DNA of 63,868 nt, filler included, from Octopus bimaculoides (Eukaryota), in assembly GCF_001194135.2 (NCBI RefSeq). It is 8 parts of 7 records of this genome, joined end to end, with 100 filler letters (N's around TTAATTAATTAA, not from the genome) between each part and the next. Parts side by side here need not be neighbours in the genome. Positions count along the whole stretch, not along the records: positions 34,396 to 45,866 come from NC_068981.1; positions 45,967 to 54,068 come from NC_068983.1; 6 more parts are not named here. One strand, 5' to 3'. Made by a program: the position numbers and the translations under genes. Positions 38,658-51,852 of this stretch are shown here, piece by piece. The number at the start of each line of letters is the position of its first letter. The first letter of the stretch is position 1. The notes under the pieces are model-generated. The model searched no databases. It was not told the DNA's origin and saw nothing but the letters and a program-made list of their open reading frames with translations.

Positions 38658-39428
38658 TACGCAAAAATGAAATAGATATATTTACGAAAATGACATTAAA
38701 TATCTTGAAATACTAAATAGCAAATTTATTCAATAAAATTGTCGGTCTCCTTGTTTAAGTTGGTGAATGTTGCTATAATCCTTGCCTTCAGTTCATCTTT
38801 GACGTTACAAGAAGTTTTGTTGGTCTCTCACTCAACTGTGCTCCACAGATAATAATCAAGGGGGTTGCAGTCTGGGGAGTTAGGTGGCCAGATGTTAAGG
38901 GTGATGTGGTCGCAGAAATTGTCTGGCAGCCATGACTGGGTTCTCCTGCTTGTGTGGCATGGTGCAGAGTCCTGTTGCCAGATATAGGGTCTTCCAGCAG
39001 CTACCCTCTTGACTTAGAGAAGCTCTACCTCCTCCAGACACTTGATGTAGGCCTTCGTTTTGAGTTTGAGGCCATGTGGGAAGATGAATGGAGGCATGAC
39101 GTCGCCATCACTAGTGATCACTTCAAACACCATATCATTGATTGGATGTTTGATTTTTATCACTCTCGGTAGAAGTTTTGAGGACACGGCAAGCTAACGG
39201 TTGTTCTGTGTGTTCACCATCTGTCCGTAGTGGAGCTTCCAGTACGAATGCAAAGCAGTACAGCATATCGTTTCCAAATTTCTGGCAGAATAAAATGCTT
39301 CATGGTGCTGTTTTTCTCACAGACGATGCCCAACTTACCCTACTATACTATGTAGTCGACAAAATCAAAAACAAGCGCATGCGCGAAATAACAAAATAAA
39401 ATGATGACAATATACCGGTAGCACCCTG
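38658..39428 (-). mobile_element. Second DD37D (maT-type) deletion derivative, inverted relative to 35550-36357
   Basis: Reverse complement aligns along its length with copy 1; 5' end TA-CAGGGTGC at 39430-39421; 3' end runs into gap. Confidence 0.85.
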
Positions 39429-39665
39429 TATACACGCGCACACATACACACACACATTATAATAATAATAGTATATATACTCTGATTTAAAGCGACATTT
39501 TAAAAAATAAACAATTGACTGAAAAATGATGAGCCAACCCAGGCCAGAATCGAAGCTACATATCAACGCTAACACGGCTCCATACGCATTCAATTGGGTC
39601 AAACGCTTACCCATCAATTTCAGCCAAATTTTATGAATATGTAACTTAACTGTCTAATGCTACAT

Positions 39666-39966
39666 ATATTTGTAAAGAAACCCGAAGGCGTTTTAAGTTA
39701 CGGAGATAGAGCAACTATGGAAGTTTCTTTGTACAATAATAACTACGTAATAATATTTCAAAATAAGAATATATATATTCCGATTTAAAGCGACATTTGT
39801 TATATAAACAAATGACTGAAAAATGTTGAGCTAACTCAGACCAGAATCGAACCCACATATCAACGCTAACACGGCTCCATGCGCATCCGATTGGACCTAA
39901 CGCTCACCCATCGATAGTCGCTCTATTTTCATAACTTACAAAGCTTTAGGGTTTGTTTACAAATAT
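39666..39966. mobile_element. MITE-like element with about 55-bp TIRs
   Basis: 39666-39720 inverted to 39912-39966; internal 39770-39912 also present at 39472-39615. Confidence 0.65.
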
Positions 39967-40000
39967 TATATGGATATTTGTATGTATGCATGTATATATA

Positions 40001-41239
40001 CACACACGAGAGAAGTGAATAAACACCCTTATAATCATTAAGATTTGTTTAACTCTGAAATTATGCATTCAAATTATTTATTAATTGTTATAATGTGAAT
40101 ATTTAATATTTAGTAGACATGCCCTTTGTATTTTTCAATGCAAGTACCCTATTAGGCATGTTACTGATCAGATGACGAATATTCTCTTGGAGAATTTCTT
40201 ACCAAGTTTCATGCAGTAATCTCAAAAGATCTGGCTATGAAGATGGTTTCTTGTTCTTTTTATGAAGTGCTCTGTCCATTATGTTCCAGAGGTGTTCAAT
40301 AGGTTTTATATCTGGTGACTGGCTTGGCCATGGAAACTTTTTAATGCCATTCTCATCTGACAAATCTTGGGTCATTTTAGCCGTGTGACAAGGAACCCCA
40401 TCTTCCATAAATAGTTTTCTTTAATCATTTCACCACTGGAGAAGATTGGAAGGAGTCCTTTCTGCAATATAGCCACATATTTATCAGAGTTTATGTTTTC
40501 CTCACAATCCACCAGCTCTGATCAAACATTGCTCCCAATTGTTCTCCAGACCATCATAGAATAGCTGCCGTGTTTCATTGTTGGCTGTAATCTTTTCACA
40601 TCAAATTCTTGATCACAGAGTTTCCAGATCCACACTCAACCACTGTCAAGAAAAACAGCAAATCTGAACTCATCAGAGAATATGAAGTATCCCAAAATGC
40701 CAGTGGCCTCTCCACCATCTCATTGGCCCGATCTTTTCTCCGCTTGATGTTGGCTGATCGAAGAAGTGGTTTCCTTCTTGCTGCTTAGCCATAGTAACCA
40801 AGTTTGTGGAGATACCTGACAGCTGTTCTGAGACTGACATCAACATGTTCGGCTATGTCAGAGGCCTTGTAACGAGGTTTATCCTCTACACTTTTCTTAG
40901 CAAACAGAAGGGTCCTGTCAAAGGACCGTGGTTGATCTCGGCTAGGTGATGTGGACTCCTCTAGTCTAGTGAATTGCACAATCAGTTTGTTAACTGTAGA
41001 AAGTGATATCCCAAGGTCTTCTGCGATTTTACGCTTTGTCCACCTTCAGAATGACTCACAATACGGCCTCTTTGAAATTCAGACAGTTCCAAGGCTTCTT
41101 TTGTATATGGTATGATTAAACAATCACATATAGAACCTGAAACGTAAAATGTCAATTAATAAAGAATATAAATCTTTACAAGTTAGAATAAACATAAAAT
41201 GATGTTTTATGGGGTGTCTATCTATTTACTTCTGTCATG

Positions 41240-41243
<4 letters not shown>
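40001..41243 (-). mobile_element. Near full-length decayed Tc1 (DD34E) transposon
   Basis: Minus strand ...LRTAVRYLHKLGYYG*AARRKPLL...FSDE...QPTMKHG...EDGVPCHTAK...WPSQSPDIKPIEHLW; 34 residues D to E; imperfect TIRs (AGAAGT(G/A)AATA..ACACCC) flanked by TA. Confidence 0.9.
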
Positions 41244-41269
<26 letters not shown>

Positions 41270-41274
<5 letters not shown>

Positions 41275-41400
41275 AAAATAAGCAACAAGGATATCCAAAG
41301 TTAATGCAGTACGATCGTTTCATGCGACTCCATTTAATTAAGCAATGTGAATATTACATTACTGCTGCCTAAACTTAAGTACCATATTCACCTTGAATCT
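41270..41400 (-). mobile_element. Internally deleted copy of the repeat carrying the 1823-1910 hammerhead
   Basis: CAAAATAAGCAACAAGGATATCC..AATGCAGTACGATCGTTTCA matches about 1790-1860; the segment with the CUGAGGA core is missing; both copies abut (TA)n. Confidence 0.7.
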
Positions 41401-41493
41401 AAATTTATATATATATATATATATATATATACACGCACATATATACATACATGTTCATATATGTATGAATATTTGTATATCTGTCTATCAATG

Positions 41494-41524
<31 letters not shown>

Positions 41525-43092
41525 GTGTCTGTCTGTCTGTATGCATGTATGTATGTATGCATGGCTATTTACGTTATTAAAAGATTAGAACGCTAAAAAA
41601 AGCACAAGAAAAAGAAAATAACGAGAGGCAACATGTATCACACCTAACAGCAAATTAACATAAATTATTTATAAAAAATCAAGATTAAAACCCTCATGAT
41701 GAACATGAAACCATAAACTTGTAAGTGACAAAACGTGCATCAGATGACCGATATAATAAATAAGATCGACGTAGATATGAAGGCTATGTAGACATGTAGA
41801 CATGAACACAAATTGTCGTATATGACTCGCAAGTACAACACTTTCTCACTGGTTGATCACTCAAATATCAGAAGCCACTGCAATACATTACAATACAAAA
41901 CACGAAACAAAGCTCGACAGAAAAACCTTAATTGATAACATTACCGTCCTTTATAGAATTCTGAGAAATTCTAGAATATTAGCAAGGGAAGTGTTATGTT
42001 TTAGCAAAATACGGACTAAAAATAATCATATTAAGAATAATTACTGGATGCTGAGAGAAACTTGGAGTTGGATGTTAAAGTTTAAATCTGGTGATATTCT
42101 ATCAGTATATAACGTCATTTTCTTAAACTTTGATGCCGACTAAATTCTCAGCAATACGTAAACAGGAGATTATGCGGTGTTAAAAAAACTAGGCAGTGTG
42201 AAAAAAATAAAACTGTTATTAAAATAAAAAAAAAAACAATGAATTTTTTAATTTCATTCATAAATATATATTTTCAGTCGCTTTCTGTTTGCGCCAATTG
42301 AACATAATTTTCTCGTTGTTTTATCCAGAGCTTCAGCTTGTCGTTCGTCTAAATATGGTTAAATCTTGTTTTTCATGTAAAGAGGGTAAAAAACGTAAAT
42401 GGCTTTAAAGAGTTGAATAGCTTTAAAGGGACAATATACATAACACCGGATCTAAAGCGTTAAGTGAATGAGGAACTATTACACCCCCTTGGATACTTAT
42501 GCCATTGTATTTCAGATAATATTCCTAATTCGGAAGCGACGTGGTATCTATTAGCTCCGTAAAATGAGACAATGTAGAATTAAGTTAAATGTCAAAATAT
42601 ACAACTTGAACTGAAAAACTAGGCGCTAGTAGTCGGATATAGCCATTCTAGTAATTGTGTCAAGGCCGACAGGAAGCGGTCCAGCTTCCTAGGGCTAAAC
42701 GGCAGTAGTGTATTCCCTTATTGGGATTGTCACATTAAGTTGACAATATACTACAACTTCATCGCTCCACTACTGCTTAAATCTCTCTGAGAGATTTAGA
42801 AATATTATATTTCTAATTTTGCTGATCAGTGAATAAACTTCACTATGATTATATAAGTCTGCGAGAGGTAAACAGGCTTCTCTATCAAGATGGNNNNNNN
42901 NNNCCAGCACCCAGGACCCAACACCCAATCATTTATCTGAAAATTTTAATTCTTGCCCACGTGAAAGGAAATACATCCATCATACCTGCGTGCCCCATCA
43001 TAACTATAATCACTTGCCCTGCAACTTCGGCCTTCTATCAATACCTAGGTGTCCGGCAAAGTGTTTGTTCAGAATATACACTAAGGCACCCA

Positions 43093-43127
<35 letters not shown>

Positions 43128-43559
43128 GTACATGAATATTTTACAATGGTACAAGAGTAATACGAAGCTTGACAGCTGTCAATGTCGTTAGGTAAATCAA
43201 AAATAATATTGAACCCTCGTCCTGAAATCTCTCAAATTAGACTTCTTACCACATTACTTTGGTTTATACTGTTTTAAAGTTGGTCGATATGGTCCAGTTA
43301 CAGTAACTACGGAGGTAGTGAAGGTTTATGTGTCAAACGGAATATTTTGAAATCTTGAGGAAAACAATTTGAAAATATTTTAATATAACTCATAAATTTT
43401 CTTTGCAGTATCTCATCCGTAATTGTTAACAAAGCGTGGAAAAAGTAATTACCTCAATTTACTGTTACAGCCTGAGGTAATTAAAATGCCATCTCTTTTA
43501 CGTCTTTATAGCTACAAGCTCACCTTGGTACATGGTGAAATTTGTTCTCCATCGACGAT

Positions 43560-43880
43560 GATGTTTTCAAAGATTGCATACCGTTTGGACTGGAAATAAG
43601 TTGCTCTGTAGAGGCATATTTTTGTGCTTTTCCTTAGATGCTTGTTGTTTCAGGTTCTTTTGCGCAGTCTGCTGAATGTCTTGTTTACTTTTGTACAGTC
43701 TGTTGTCAACCATTTCGTCGATCTTGGAATCTAACGAAATGATGCGTCTCTGTTAGATAACTGAAACTGAACAATCTTCAGCTTAGTTTCGCTGCTGCTG
43801 CTGATGATGCACGAAAGGTGGTAATCTTTCTGAAATGAGTGTTCGTGGAGGACTTCTGTTTCTTTGCACTGACTACCTGT
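43560..43880 (-). mobile_element. RTE-clade LINE reverse transcriptase fragment
   Basis: Minus strand ETEVLHE...ISLDSKIDEMVDNRLYKSK..FSRLRKR..NNKHLRKSTKICLYRA, RTE/BovB-like RT C-terminal region; frameshifted. Confidence 0.7.
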
Positions 43881-45966
43881 TCAAAGAACCCCTAATGCTA
43901 AATATAAAAAGAATGGAAGTATCCGAATATTCTGTAATGACAAATTTGAAAATATTAACTGCTAGAAACTATGGTTGACTATTTGCCAGCAATTCATTTA
44001 CTATCATTGATATTTTGTTAATCTTTCCACTCTGTTTGTCCGATTTTTCCCCCCTTTTTGCTTTGCTCGAATTTAGACGGGCTATCTCCTTACTGTCAAA
44101 CTGATCATATGCATGTTCATTTATGTATATGTACACTCACACACATACGCACACACACGCATGCGCACGCACGCACACAGANNNNNNNNNNNNNNNNNNN
44201 NNNNNNNNNNNNNNNNNNNNNNNNNNNNNNNNNNNNNNNNNNNNNNNNNNNNNNNNNNNNNNNNNNNNNNNNNNNNNNNNNNNNNNNNNNNNNNNNNNNN
44301 NNNNNNNNNNNNNNNNNNNNNNNNNNNNNNNNNNNNNNNNNNNNNNNNNNNNNNNNNNNNNNNNNNNNNNNNNNNNNNNNNNNNNNNNNNNNNNNNNNNN
44401 NNNNNNNNNNNNNNNNNNNNNNNNNNNNNNNNNNNNNNNNNNNNNNNNNNNNNNNNNNNNNNNNNNNNNNNNNNNNNNNNNNNNNNNNNNNNNNNNNNNN
44501 NNNNNNNNNNNNNNNNNNNNNNNNNNNNNNNNNNNNNNNNNNNNNNNNNNNNNNNNNNNNNNNNNNNNNNNNNNNNNNNNNNNNNNNNNNNNNNNNNNNN
44601 NNNNNNNNNNNNNNNNNNNNNNNNNNNNNNNNNNNNNNNNNNNNNNNNNNNNNNNNNNNNNNNNNNNNNNNNNNNNNNNNNNNNNNNNNNNNNNNNNNNN
44701 NNNNNNNNNNNNNNNNNNNNNNNNNNNNNNNNNNNNNNNNNNNNNNNNNNNNNNNNNNNNNNNNNNNNNNNNNNNNNNNNNNNNNNNNTGTTATAAGATA
44801 ATAATGTGTCAATTAATAATTTAGGATTTTACCTTATAAAATACTGGGTAGGGGGATACAGTGGCTGCTATTTTTAGCGTGTCGAGCGACCAGGTAGAGG
44901 CTCTTTCATTGGTTGATTTCGTGATGAGATTTCTTTTACACATATATGTATAATATGCATATATATCATCGGCAGAAGTTAGAGAGTAGGTCAAAAGCTG
45001 AGAGTTTCGTGTATTGGCACTTATCAAACACGAATTTGTCCATTGTCACTCTGTAATTTGTGACGAAATAACTTCTAAAATACAAAATTTTGTCAAAAAT
45101 GTTAAGAGTAAACTCTGTTGTATGTGACACATCGTACCAGATCGGAAGTTTCAAAGTATTTAGTTTAAAAGAATTGATTAAATAATCTGTACGTCAAATT
45201 GAATAGATCCGAAATGGATAAAAGCAAAGTCGACCTCGGCGGAATTTGAACTCGAAATATAAGGACAGGGGAAACCCTATTAAGTATTTTGCCCGGTGCG
45301 GTAACGGCTCTGTCAGCTCGCCGCCTTAGAACGTAAACGTTCGTTTCAGCAATATATTCTTCATAATTCTTATTGCTAAGCGTTACTTCCTTATTCTCTT
45401 ACTTACTGACACGAAATTTTGTGTCATTTCACCCCAAAACTTTTCTTCTACTCATTTTTGTTCAATGCGACTAAAGACTCTGAGTTCATATCTCATACAT
45501 TTTTCTATCATTTAACCCTAAGAAAAGTATACTTTTATTTAAAAATTAATAAGTCTATGTTAATTGAAGGTGAATAGATGACTTACTGCCCCCCTTGATG
45601 TCGCAGATATTTTGATGTAACTTTTTTCTACTGAACCAAATCTCTGTTTATGCCAAAGTGTAGCTGAGAAGGTGTCCTCTTTAAAACTATTAACAGTTTG
45701 CAATTTAGTTGAGAACTGAATTAGTGGTGAAGCTTGGAAGCTGCTGCGATTGACGAAATGGTGGACTTAAGAATATATTCAACCACGTAATATATGGAAA
45801 TAAATAATAATATTCCTCTAGTCCATTAAGTTCTTCAGATGTCATGATTTGAAGGTACGATCGACCNNNNNNNNNNNNNNNNNNNNNNNNNNNNNNNNNN
45901 NNNNNNNNNNTTAATTAATTAANNNNNNNNNNNNNNNNNNNNNNNNNNNNNNNNNNNNNNNNNNNN

Positions 45967-46003
<37 letters not shown>

Positions 46004-46109
46004 TATACGCATGTATATATATAGATATATAGATATATGCATGTATACATATATGCATGCATGCATACATGTATGTATGCATGTATGTATGTATTGGAAG
46101 TATGTATGT

Positions 46110-46450
46110 ATTCTTTTATTCCTTTATTTGTTTCAATCATTTGACTGCGGCCATTCTAGGGCACCATCTTTAGTCGAACAAATCGACGTCAGGACTTATT
46201 CTTTGTAAGTACTTATTCTATCAGTCTCTTTTGCCGAACCACTATGTTATCGGTTGTCAAGCAATGTGGGGGGGGGGGGGGGACAAACACAGACACACAA
46301 ACACACACACACATATATACATATACATATATACGACGGGCTTCGTTTCAGTTTTCCGTCTACCAAATCCACTCACAAGGCTTTGGCCGGCTATATATAT
46401 ATATATATATATATACGACGGGCTTCTTTCAGTTTCCGTCTACCAAATCC
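46110..46450 (-). mobile_element. SINE family A, partial, with local duplication of its central segment
   Basis: ACGACGGGCTTC.TTTCAGTTT.CCGTCTACCAAATCCACT occurs twice, separated by (TA)n. Confidence 0.75.
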
Positions 46451-46749
46451 ACTTGTATGTCAACGCACATGCAATATCCAAGAAGAACAAAGAGTTTAAT
46501 GAGATGGGGTACCACTGAAAAATATTTTAATTGATTCAATGTACAGCCCTAACGAGGAAAAAATTATGAGCGGCAATGAAATTTTAATCACAAGAACAGC
46601 AACGAGGATTAAAGTGAAATGTCTGAAATTTTAATGGGTTCATCTTATTGCTCTTACACAGAACAAAGTTTCATTAATGCAACGTTGTAAGTCTTACGGC
46701 TGCAAGTCTACTTAAACCTATGCAACTTTCGGCTCACTCCAGTAACTAG

Positions 46750-46923
46750 GCGCAGGCGTGGCTGTCTGGTAAAAAGCTTGCTCCCTAACCACTTGGGTCC
46801 GGATTAAGTCCTACTGCCTTACAGCTTCGGCAAGTGTCTTCTACTATAGACCCAGGCCGATGAAATCCTTGTGAGTGAATTTGGTAAACGGAAATTGAAA
46901 GAAGCCCTTCATGTATGTGTGTT

Positions 46924-46954
<31 letters not shown>

Positions 46955-47085
46955 GCGCATGTGGGTGTGCGTGTGTGTGTCTGTGTTTGTCACCCACCAC
47001 CGCTTGACAACTGGCGCTGTGAAATTGTGGTTCGGCAAAGGAGACCTATAAGACAAGTGAAATATGACTGAAAGAAGTAGGAGAT
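46750..47085 (+). mobile_element. SINE family A
   Basis: GGCGCAGGCGTGGCTGTCTGGTAAAAAGCTTGC...GGCAAGTGTCTTCTACTATAG. Confidence 0.8.
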
Positions 47086-47096
47086 ACAAGACATAT

Positions 47097-47147
<51 letters not shown>

Positions 47148-47759
47148 NNNNNNNNNNNNNNNNNNNNNNNNNNNNNNNNNNNNNNNNNNNNNNNNNNNNN
47201 NNNNNNNNNNNNNNNNNNNNNNNNNNNNNNNNNNNNNNNNNNNNNNNNNNNNNNNNNNNNNNNNNNNNNNNNNNNNNNNNNNNNNNNNNNNNNNNNNNNN
47301 NNNNNNNNNNNNNNNNNNNNNNNNNNNNNNNNNNNNNNNNNNNNNNNNNNNNNNNNNNNNNNNNNNNNNNNNNNNNNNNNNNNNNNNNNNNNNNNNNNNN
47401 NNNNNNNNNNNNNNNNNNNNNNNNNNNNNNNNNNNNNNNNNNNNNNNNNNNNNNNNNNNNNNNNNNNNNNNNNNNNNNNNNNNNNNNNNNNNNNNNNNNN
47501 NNNNNNNNNNNNNNNNNNNNNNNNNNNNNNNNNNNNNNNNNNNNNNNNNNNNNNNNNNNNNNNNNNNNNNNNNNNNNNNNNNNNNNNNNNNNNNNNNNNN
47601 NNNNNNNNNNNNNNNNNNNNNNNNNNNNNNNNNNNNNNNNNNNNNNNNNNNNNNNNNNNNNNNNNNNNNNNNNNNNNNNNNNNNNNNNNNNNNNNNNNNN
47701 NNNNNNNNNNNNNNNNNNNNNNNNNNNNNNGTGTTCGTGGGAAGAACCATTTTAACGAT

Positions 47760-47820
47760 GCGTACTGCCTTAATTCTTCGAAACGCCGGAGTTTTAATGG
47801 TGGCAGCTGATGAAGGGGAT
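47760..47820 (+). ncRNA. Candidate non-circularly permuted hammerhead ribozyme
   Basis: Order GCGUA/CUGCC (47760-69), UUCUUC-GAAA-CGC (47774-86), GGCAG-CUGAUGA-AGGGGA (47802-19). Stem III GCGU/ACGC, stem I CUGCC/GGCAG, stem II GGGGA/UCUUC; intact core and GUA triplet. Confidence 0.65.
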
Positions 47821-47971
47821 GTTTCTATGTGGCCTGCTTGTTTGTTGCGCCTTGTTTACCATTTTTGTCCTTGTTCTTTTGTCACGTCATGTACCCAGTT
47901 ATGTATCTATATGTACATGTGGATGAACGTATATACATACATGTACATATATATGCATATACTCATATATT

Positions 47972-48005
<34 letters not shown>

Positions 48006-48128
48006 TGTATATATAATTATATATATATACATATACACACACACACCCACACGCACACAAATGTAAATATGTACTTTCTATATTTTCAAACAATATCTTT
48101 GCCCTTATTATTATCGTTATTATTATTA

Positions 48129-48188
<60 letters not shown>

Positions 48189-49485
48189 GCCGGAATTCCG
48201 ACAGCTGTGGCAATATTGATTTTTCGTGGTCCGTTTTTGACACTTTTGAGGCACACCTTCTGCCCGTGATTTCGACTAATCATAAACTATCTTAGCTAGC
48301 GTACCAGTGGGATGTAATTTACAACAGTTCCCTTGGCCTGGATTCAGAAACCGACTGCTGTGCAGGATACACAGAAGAGAGCATATTCTGCCATCAGAAA
48401 GTTTTGTCTCCGTCGAACCGTTTGTCTTGTCGTCTGTTTCAATACCTCTCACAGCAATTCCTTTGAGAACTGTACAATTTCTGCGAAAAAACTAACAATT
48501 TGTTTTTATTAATTCAAACCACCAGCTGTAGTTGATGTGTTCGTACGTTTCCGATAGAGCTTCGTAGTTATCGCCTGTGAGCCAGCTGTATGATGCAATC
48601 AGGTAACAGAAGAGCCGCATTCAACTCAATTCGGGCTACACGTGACTTAAGTTCACCACTTCATATATCAAGTTTATAACAATACAACTCTCACAATGTC
48701 CTCATGTTTGTTCCTGTGATTTATCGAACTCAACCTAGTTGCCTTCAGCTGTTAGCTGTTGTTAAACGCAGTTATGTAAACACGACAGCTTTTCACCACG
48801 TCCTCTCTTCTTGATATGATAGAAATAACCTCACTTCTGATTGAACTTATCTTATATACATATTCTCGTTGCTGCACCCAGACTTCTTTTGTTCATACAC
48901 AATTTTATATTAAGCTTGACTTTCTGTTTCTAATGTACATATTATTTATTATACAATGTTATCAATTTTCTTGGAACAACCTGATTGTTACATTAAGTTA
49001 TTTATCAGTACCCTTGTGTAATATTATATTTTGGCTACCGCAGTGTGTAGTGATCATTTGAATAGCTGTAGAATTGCTAAACCATAGAAAATGTAACTAA
49101 TCTATGAATAACAACAAATGTTCACTTAATTATGTTATTGGAGTCGGTCAATACGTTTTCTTTTTTTTTTGCTTTTTGTTTTTGGAATATATGATATATG
49201 GTGTCAGACACACTTGGCACCTCCTTAACATTTAAAAATATTACACTCACACACACACATACAAGCACACTCTCGTTCGTGTTCACTGAGACATATGTGA
49301 ATCTAAATAAATTCACCTATCATAACATTTTTTGTCTTGTAGTACTTCCACTCTCTCAGTCCTCTCCAAGTGGTACTTAAAAATGTGAAGAGGATAAGAA
49401 AAACTTGTCAGAGAAAATAAAAAAATAACTAAAAACTCATGTCGCAAGCGTTTTCTGCGTCCACTGGTTGTATCGTGGTTATTAC

Positions 49486-49563
<78 letters not shown>

Positions 49564-50420
49564 CTTAATAGTTAAGAAATCAACTGACAAGCAACAACAA
49601 AATCAACAGCTGTGTAGAAATGGTGTCGGAAGAACTGCGAAGGGGCCGGGAAGAAGAGTACAATATAATTTTCCAAACATCCAAGTCCCCAAACTATAAC
49701 CTAATGTCCCCTTACTTTCGTGTTCTTCAGCATACTGTTTGTTCACTTGGGAAGCAATAACATTTTATCAGAGTAGTAGTAGTAGTAAAGAGAGAGCTGG
49801 AAAGTGATGTATGACTGTAAGGAGCAGCTAATGACGAAGCAAGATATTAGATAATACAGCAAACAGGAGGAAGGAAATCTTAGCATGTCAAAGACTGACT
49901 ACTGAAAACCATGAGATAGGATATACACTTCGATATTGGAGGTTTTCTAGAGCCATAAAGCAACTTCAGGGACAATTCTCAGTTGAAGAATCTACTAAAA
50001 CTCCATGAATTCAGCTTAGAATGAAGAAATTGTCACGAGATAAATTTGCCAGAGCTGCTATAAAAAGGGCAAAATGTAGAATATCTATCTTCAAGCTTGG
50101 ATGACGAGGTCTCATACAAATTTAGAAGTGTTAGTATCTAACGACCGAGGAGTGGTAAAAGAACAGAAACTTGCAAAGAGAAACTAACCAGTGTAAGAAG
50201 AGAAAATAATTAGAAATAAACCCATGAATATATTATTAAAACCAAATGATAAATGGTAGGTGGAAAGTGAATATTTTTACCCTTGTAAAAAAGATCTAAA
50301 AAAGATTGCCAACAATCTCGCCACTGGTTCTGGGATTTTCCTTTCAATACTGCGATTGTTGGCCTCCTGAAAACTGCAAAAGATTAGACCTTATTCCGTT
50401 AAAATCACAGGAAAAATATT

Positions 50421-50489
<69 letters not shown>

Positions 50490-50491
50490 TA

Positions 50492-50522
<31 letters not shown>

Positions 50523-51349
50523 TTGTTACTTTCTCTCTCTCTCTTTCTCTCTCTTTGTATATATAGATATATATATATACATACATATAAAACAGGTCTG
50601 AGAAAAGTATTTTACCGTGTGGCAAAGGGAGGATCCGATATACCAATTGGTACTCTAAGGGGGTATAATTTACATTGAGCCAATACTATGGAATTGATAA
50701 CGAAAATAAAGAAAATGGCACATGTGTACTCAGTAGACAATGTCTGAAAATAACAGCGTAACAATACCCGGGACTAAGCCTACGTATTCATGGATCAATA
50801 AGTGCATCTCCATTATATATTTCAGTTAAAGATGACAGAAAGAAGTAGAACCTGTTGATAGAAGATGCACGCCAAGAGGTAAGAAAATTCACCTTGAGGA
50901 GTTAAATAAACTAAGGGTTAGAAAAAGAAATAAACAGAACCAGGCTGGTGGAAATGCAAAGTTCCGGTTCCAGTAATAGCAGGTACAATAAAGCTAATAA
51001 TGCTAAGAGGTAAATAAACATTATAGTAGGATTTCTGTGAAAATACTTTTCAGAGAAACATGGCGCTTAGCCACGAGCCAATAAAGGAGTTTCTATGAGG
51101 TGATTCCACCATCTTGAATCACCATCTTAAGACAAATAAAAGAACAGATTGGATAATGTAATACTATGTATATTATGTATAAAAAAATAAACAACAAACA
51201 AAAACAGCGAATAAATCAACGCGCTGTCTTATAAGTTTATTATAGGTGAATTATATCAGGATTGATACGATGTTAGATATCAGTAATATTGTTATTTACT
51301 GCATGGGTTACGACACGCAAACATTATATTGATATCTTATATATATATC

Positions 51350-51757
51350 AGGCGCAGGAGTGGCTGTGTGGTAAGTAACTTGCTTACCAACCACATGGTT
51401 CCGGGTTCAGTCCCACTACGTGGAATCTTGGGCAAGTGTCTTCTACTATAGCCTCGGGCCGACCAAAGCCTTGTGAGTGGATTTGGTAGACGGAAACTGA
51501 AAGAAGCCCGTCGTATATATGCACATTTATATATATATGTGTGTGTATTTGTGTGTCTGTGTATGTCATCCCACCATCGTTTGACAACCGATCCTGGTGT
51601 GTTTACGTCCCCGTAACTTAGCGGTTCGGCAAAAGAGACCGATACTGTAAGTACTAGGCTTACAAAGAGTAAGTCCTGGGGTCGATTTACTCGACTAAAA
51701 GGCGGTGCTCCAGCATGGCCGCAGTCAAATGACTGAAACAAGTAAAGGAGTAAAAGA
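51350..51757 (+). mobile_element. tRNA-derived SINE family A, most complete copy
   Basis: GGCGCAGGAGTGGCTGTGTGGTAAG (A-box-like), GGGTTCAGTCCC (B-box-like), central microsatellite, tail GACTGAAACAAGTAAAGGAGTAAAAGAGTA. Confidence 0.9.
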
Positions 51758-51821
51758 GTATTATAAAAACGTACACATACACGTCAACAATACATACATA
51801 CATATAAAAACTTGCATAGAT

Positions 51822-51852
<31 letters not shown>

